NCBI GenBank assembly: GCA_045537435.1
Contig: JAZSPL010000076.1
Location: 17,662 to 81,661 of the forward strand
DNA: 64,000 nucleotides
Direction: 5' to 3'
Source of the DNA: Acutalibacteraceae bacterium
GTDB taxonomy: Bacteria > Bacillota > Clostridia > Oscillospirales > Acutalibacteraceae
Shown: in pieces, positions 60,218 to 64,000 of the stretch
Layout: each line of letters begins with the position of its first letter
Numbering within the stretch: the first letter of the stretch is position 1
Position numbers and translations under genes: made by a program
The notes under the pieces: model-generated
Seen by the model: the letters and a program-made list of their open reading frames with translations, nothing else
Told to the model about the DNA's origin: nothing
Databases searched by the model: none

Positions 60218-60246
60218 TTGAAAAAGGAAATTTTATGTAGTATAAT
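60218..60246 (+). promoter_or_regulatory. Sigma-70-type promoter of the alkaline phosphatase gene
   Basis: TTGAAA (60218-60223), 17-nt spacer, TATAAT (60241-60246). Confidence 0.6.
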
Positions 60247-60277
60247 TATTACACTAAAAATCAGGAGGTAAACAATT

Positions 60278-61402
60278 ATGTTTATGTTAGCAGTCAAATC
60301 ATCACTTTCAGTTCTCCTTGCTGTTCTTATCTGTATTTCCGGTTGGTTCGGAATGACAGGCGACAAGGCAACAGGTGAAGAAAATTACAAAACTTACAAA
60401 AACGTTATTCTTATGATCGGTGACGGCATGGGCTTCAACACTCTTGAGGCTACAAAAAAGCTCAGAAACGTTAATCTCGTTATGGAAACAATGCCCGTAT
60501 GCAGCCAGTCAGAAACAAGAAGCCTTACAAACAAGGTTACAGACAGTGCTGCAGGCGGTACAGCTCTTTCCAGCGGTATCAGAACATATAACGGTGCAAT
60601 CGGTGTTTATGCATTCAATCCGTTTGCAAACAAGTGGCAGTATCCTGTTTCTCTTTCTGAGTTCGCTATTGAGCGCGGAAAGGCAGCAGGTGTTGTTACA
60701 ACTGACGAAACAAGCGGTGCTACACCGGCTTCATTCTCGGCTCACGCAATTGAACGCGGTCAGGAAAAGAATATTTCATATGACCAGATGGAATCAGAAC
60801 TCACACTTGTATGGGGTTGTGCTTCAGAGAGTGTTACAGCAGAAAAGTGTGCAGAAAACGGCTTTGAATACTTTACAACAAGAGCTGAAATGAATGCTCT
60901 TCCTGAGGGCTCACGTTCATTCGGACAGTTCAGCTGGGAAGATATCGCTGCTGTTAAGAATGATTACGATACTCCGTATATCGCAGAAATGACAGCAAAG
61001 GCAATCGACATTCTTGATGATGATGCAGAAGGCTTCTTCCTTATGGTTGAAGGTGCTCACATTGATAAATTTTCACACGATAATGATTTTGACGGTTCAA
61101 CAAAGCATACGGTTGAGTTTGATAAGGCTATCGAGGTAGCTCTTGACTACGCTGCAAAGGACGGCGAAACACTTGTTGTTGTTACTGCTGACCACGAAAC
61201 AGGCGGTATTCAGTACAACGCTGAAAAGGATGAGTACTACTACACATCAGGCAGCCACACAGGTGTAAATGTTCCTGTTTTCGTTTCTGCAACAGATGCA
61301 GGCTTCATTGACGGTAAGGCTTACAAGAACTGTGAAGTTTCAACTCAGCTCGCTCGTGTTATGGGTGCTAAGGAAGATGACTTCCCGAGAATCAAGCTTT
61401 AA
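60278..61402 (+). CDS. Alkaline phosphatase (PhoA family), exported
   Basis: N-terminal signal/anchor. MIGDGMG, the active-site TDSAAGGTA, and ADHETGG. RBS AGGAGG. Confidence 0.88.
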   Translation: MFMLAVKSSLSVLLAVLICISGWFGMTGDKATGEENYKTYKNVILMIGDGMGFNTLEATKKLRNVNLVMETMPVCSQSETRSLTNKVTDSAAGGTALSSGIRTYNGAIGVYAFNPFANKWQYPVSLSEFAIERGKAAGVVTTDETSGATPASFSAHAIERGQEKNISYDQMESELTLVWGCASESVTAEKCAENGFEYFTTRAEMNALPEGSRSFGQFSWEDIAAVKNDYDTPYIAEMTAKAIDILDDDAEGFFLMVEGAHIDKFSHDNDFDGSTKHTVEFDKAIEVALDYAAKDGETLVVVTADHETGGIQYNAEKDEYYYTSGSHTGVNVPVFVSATDAGFIDGKAYKNCEVSTQLARVMGAKEDDFPRIKL

Positions 61403-61408
61403 TTATTT

Positions 61409-61436
61409 CAAAAGGGCTGGCAACAGCCCTTTTTTC
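61409..61436 (+). terminator. Rho-independent terminator
   Basis: AAAGGGCTG-GCAA-CAGCCCTTT followed by TTTCTTT. Confidence 0.75.
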
Positions 61437-61450
61437 TTTGGAGGTAGCTT

Positions 61451-62128
61451 ATGAAGTATACAACTCTTCTTTTTGACCTTGACGATACATTAATGGATTT
61501 TAAAAAGGCTGAAGAAAATGCAATTGAAAAATTGCTTTTAAAGTATTTGTTACCTGCAACCGAGGAAAACAAAAGATTGTATTCTGTGACAAACCAATCA
61601 AAGTGGAAAGCTCTTGAAAAAGGCGAAATTACGCGCAAAGAGCTTTTTGCGACGCGATTCCCGGACTATTTCAAGGCCCTCGGCGTTGAGGCTGACGGCG
61701 CTCAGGCAAACGCGGATTATATGTACTTCCTTTCACAGGGCAGGTTTGTTATTGACGGTGCAGAGGATATCTGCCGTGAGCTTAAAAAGAATTACTCTAT
61801 GTATATTATTACAAACGGTGCGAAAATCGTTCAGCAGGGCAGGCTTACGGATTTACCGCTTATGCAGTATTTTGACGGCGTTTTTATTTCCGAGGAAGTC
61901 GGTTTTGATAAACCGAAAAAAGAATATTTTGACTACGTTTTCGCTCATATTCCCGAAAAAGACAAATCAAAATGTCTGGTGATAGGTGATTCGCTCAGTT
62001 CCGATATCACGGGAGCTGTCAATTACGGTATCGACAGCTGTTGGATAAGTGAAAAGGCTTCGTCAGAAATACATCCGACGTATCAAATCAGTAGCCTTAA
62101 AGAACTCCTGAATATATTAATTGCATAA
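61451..62128 (+). CDS. HAD-superfamily hydrolase (YjjG-like nucleotidase subfamily)
   Basis: Motif I LLFDLDDTL. The C-terminal GDSLSSDI is motif IV-like. 225 aa. Confidence 0.82.
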   Translation: MKYTTLLFDLDDTLMDFKKAEENAIEKLLLKYLLPATEENKRLYSVTNQSKWKALEKGEITRKELFATRFPDYFKALGVEADGAQANADYMYFLSQGRFVIDGAEDICRELKKNYSMYIITNGAKIVQQGRLTDLPLMQYFDGVFISEEVGFDKPKKEYFDYVFAHIPEKDKSKCLVIGDSLSSDITGAVNYGIDSCWISEKASSEIHPTYQISSLKELLNILIA

Positions 62129-62205
62129 TTTTCTTTTTGTATATTGATTTTATTTGTTTTTTTTGATACAATCATTTAGTAATAATGGCTATGGAGGTCA
62201 AAAAT

Positions 62206-64000
62206 ATGAAAATTACAAAGAAATTGTTAGCAGTTCTTCTTTGTGTTGTTATGGTATTTTCTGCTATGACAGCAGCATTTACCGTTTCGGCAAAGGAAGA
62301 GGTAGTCCCCGTTGTCTTTGTTCCCGGTATCGGTCAGTCACAGACTTACAAGTATGATGACGAAGGTAACGTGGTAGCAGACTGGAACCTTCTTCACGTT
62401 AACACAGATTTTGCAAGCTTCGGCTTGGGAGATTGGATTAACCTTATCAAATTCGTGGCAGAGTTTGTAATGTCAATCGGTCTTCAGAGAGACGTTATCG
62501 CTAATTCAAGCATTGAAAACGTTCTCAAGGTTTTATTCTCAGATCACCTCAGCGATGAAAACGGTGATCCTATCAACAATGTTGTAACTCCGCTTTATGA
62601 GTATCCTGTTTCTGAATATGATGAGGAAGCAAGAGGCATCTTTGACGACAGAATTCCCTGCGATTTCCTTCTCGAAAAAATCGGTGAAGAGAACGTATAT
62701 TGCTACAACTATCCTGTTTTCTCAAATGCTGATCAGAACGCTGTAGGTTTTAACGATTTCATTGAAAACGTTGTTCTCAAGCAGACAGGTGCTTCAAAGG
62801 TTATCCTTGTTCCTATGAGCATGGGCGCAAGCGTTGTTAACAACTACCTTAATCAGTATCCTGATGCAGGCAGAGTTGCAAAGGTTATCAGTATCGTTGG
62901 CGCATGGGACGGCAGTGATGTTTTTGCTGACCTTATGCTCGGTGATTTTGACGACAACGCACCTGCAATGGTTTACACAAACCTTCTCGGTGAGCTTGGT
63001 TTTGTTGATCCTTACGTTGGTTCAATCATCAACATCGCTGCAAGAATTCTTCCGAAGCAGGAGCTCAGAAACATTCTTGACGATATTGTTGAGTCACTTG
63101 TAAAAACTCTCTTCCTCACAAACACTTCATTTATGTCTCTCTGTCCGTCAGGCAGATACGAAGAAGTTGCTGAGAAGTTTCTTCAGGGCGAAGATATGGC
63201 AGAGGTAAAGGCTCAGACGGCAAGATATGCTGAAGCTCAGGCTAACCTTGAAGAAAGACTTATGTATCAGAAGAATACATACGGTACAGAGTTCTATTTC
63301 ATCAGCGGTTACAACCTTGCTTTCGGTGATGAGGACTACGGTTTCTTCAAGTTCTTTGAAACATACGACACAACAAACTCAGACGAAATCATTCAGATTT
63401 CATCAACAGCACCGGGTACATCATACGTTCCTGCAGGTCAGAAGTTTGACGATGCTTACATCGCAGATCCTGCACATAACGTTTCACCCGACGGTTCAAT
63501 CGACGCTTCAACATGCTATTTTGAAGATACATCATGGTACTTCGAGGGTCAGAAGCACGAGCTTACAGACAATAACACAGCTTTGAGCCTTGCTTTTGAA
63601 ATCGCTCTCGGTAATATTCATTCAGTTGCAGACTGTGAGGATACATATCCGCAGTTCAACGAATCAAGATTTGTAAGAAGACTTACAAGGGATTACCTTC
63701 CCGATGCAGCAACAATCGACCGTTCAACTCTTGAACCGGCAGATGCTGCAAAGCTTGATAAGGCAGTTGCAGAAGCAGAAGCTATGATGGCATGCACTAT
63801 CAACGACCGTGATGCAGACGATGAAATCATCTTTGCTCTCAAGGATCTTCTTATCGAACTTAACGTTAAGTACAATATCTGGGAAGACAGATATCAGCCC
63901 GAGGTTGAAGACCCGACAATGGACGCAGTTGAGCTTGTTCTCGGCGTTGTTTCAGATGTTCTTCTTAAGATTTTCGGCAAGAAGGGCTTCGCAGATTTCT
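62206..64000 (+). CDS. Secreted lipase/esterase-like alpha/beta-hydrolase (partial; runs off the window)
   Basis: My own translation from ATG 62206 (GGAGG 8 nt upstream). It is not in the ORF track because there is no stop. Sequence: MKITKKLLAVLLCVVMVFSAMTAAFTVSAKEEVVPVVFVPGIGQSQ...VILVPMSMGASVVNNY. This gives a signal peptide, a lipase-like VPGxxxS oxyanion region, and a nucleophile elbow of the x-S-M-G type. Confidence 0.65.
   Translation, partial: MKITKKLLAVLLCVVMVFSAMTAAFTVSAKEEVVPVVFVPGIGQSQTYKYDDEGNVVADWNLLHVNTDFASFGLGDWINLIKFVAEFVMSIGLQRDVIANSSIENVLKVLFSDHLSDENGDPINNVVTPLYEYPVSEYDEEARGIFDDRIPCDFLLEKIGEENVYCYNYPVFSNADQNAVGFNDFIENVVLKQTGASKVILVPMSMGASVVNNYLNQYPDAGRVAKVISIVGAWDGSDVFADLMLGDFDDNAPAMVYTNLLGELGFVDPYVGSIINIAARILPKQELRNILDDIVESLVKTLFLTNTSFMSLCPSGRYEEVAEKFLQGEDMAEVKAQTARYAEAQANLEERLMYQKNTYGTEFYFISGYNLAFGDEDYGFFKFFETYDTTNSDEIIQISSTAPGTSYVPAGQKFDDAYIADPAHNVSPDGSIDASTCYFEDTSWYFEGQKHELTDNNTALSLAFEIALGNIHSVADCEDTYPQFNESRFVRRLTRDYLPDAATIDRSTLEPADAAKLDKAVAEAEAMMACTINDRDADDEIIFALKDLLIELNVKYNIWEDRYQPEVEDPTMDAVELVLGVVSDVLLKIFGKKGFADF

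Noticed and set aside
50849-61402. Pho-box (PhoP/PhoB direct repeats) upstream of the phosphoesterase genes
   Set aside because: I looked for TT(A/T/C)ACA-type repeats with an 11-nt period upstream of 50849, 53682 and 60278. I found only AT-rich sequence and sigma-70 hexamers, so no regulatory site is claimed.
62154-62357. 67-aa + strand ORF from the track
   Set aside because: It is out of frame with the much longer signal-peptide-bearing ORF that starts at 62206 behind a GGAGG RBS and stays open to the end of the window.

Overview
This 64-kb window comes from a low-GC Gram-positive chromosome, probably Clostridia. I infer an Oscillospiraceae/Ruminococcus-like organism from a dockerin-bearing LRR protein, a pro-sigma-K gene and the gene order. 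Almost all of it is core housekeeping, and about 90% of genes are on the + strand.

Gene order:
- A minus-strand operon at the left edge: tandem-SCP2 protein, class-III aminotransferase, split-transketolase N-subunit (runs off the window).
- A membrane protein and rnhA on the minus strand.
- rnj, gdpP, rplI, dnaB, tilS, ftsH.
- A minus-strand LCP gene.
- A six-gene translationally coupled operon: two M42 peptidases, GNAT, YnbB-type PLP enzyme, DUF2461, phosphohexomutase.
- A metallophosphoesterase, then a secreted LRR-dockerin protein.
- rpoB-rpoC with their own consensus promoter.
- A dcw cluster: mraZ-rsmH-ftsL-PBP-murE-murF-mraY-ftsW-murG-murA-ftsQ-ftsZ.
- A very large MMPL/RND transporter, convergent with sigK.
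- A run of phosphoesterases and secreted hydrolases.

I saw no rRNA, tRNA, CRISPR array, prophage, transposase or recognisable defence system.

The most unusual items:
1. A family of REP/BIME-like 'GTAGGG + hairpin' units, two of them packaged inside elements of about 200-240 bp bracketed by the inverted repeat AAATTCGGGTTTGT(C)G.
2. An MMPL transporter whose second extracytoplasmic loop is replaced by seven tandem repeats of about 80 aa.
3. The uncharacterised SCP2/aminotransferase/split-transketolase operon.
4. A neighbourhood dense in phosphoester hydrolases from five different folds.

None of these is a demonstrably new system from sequence alone. All functional calls rest on motifs I recognised by eye, not on database searches.
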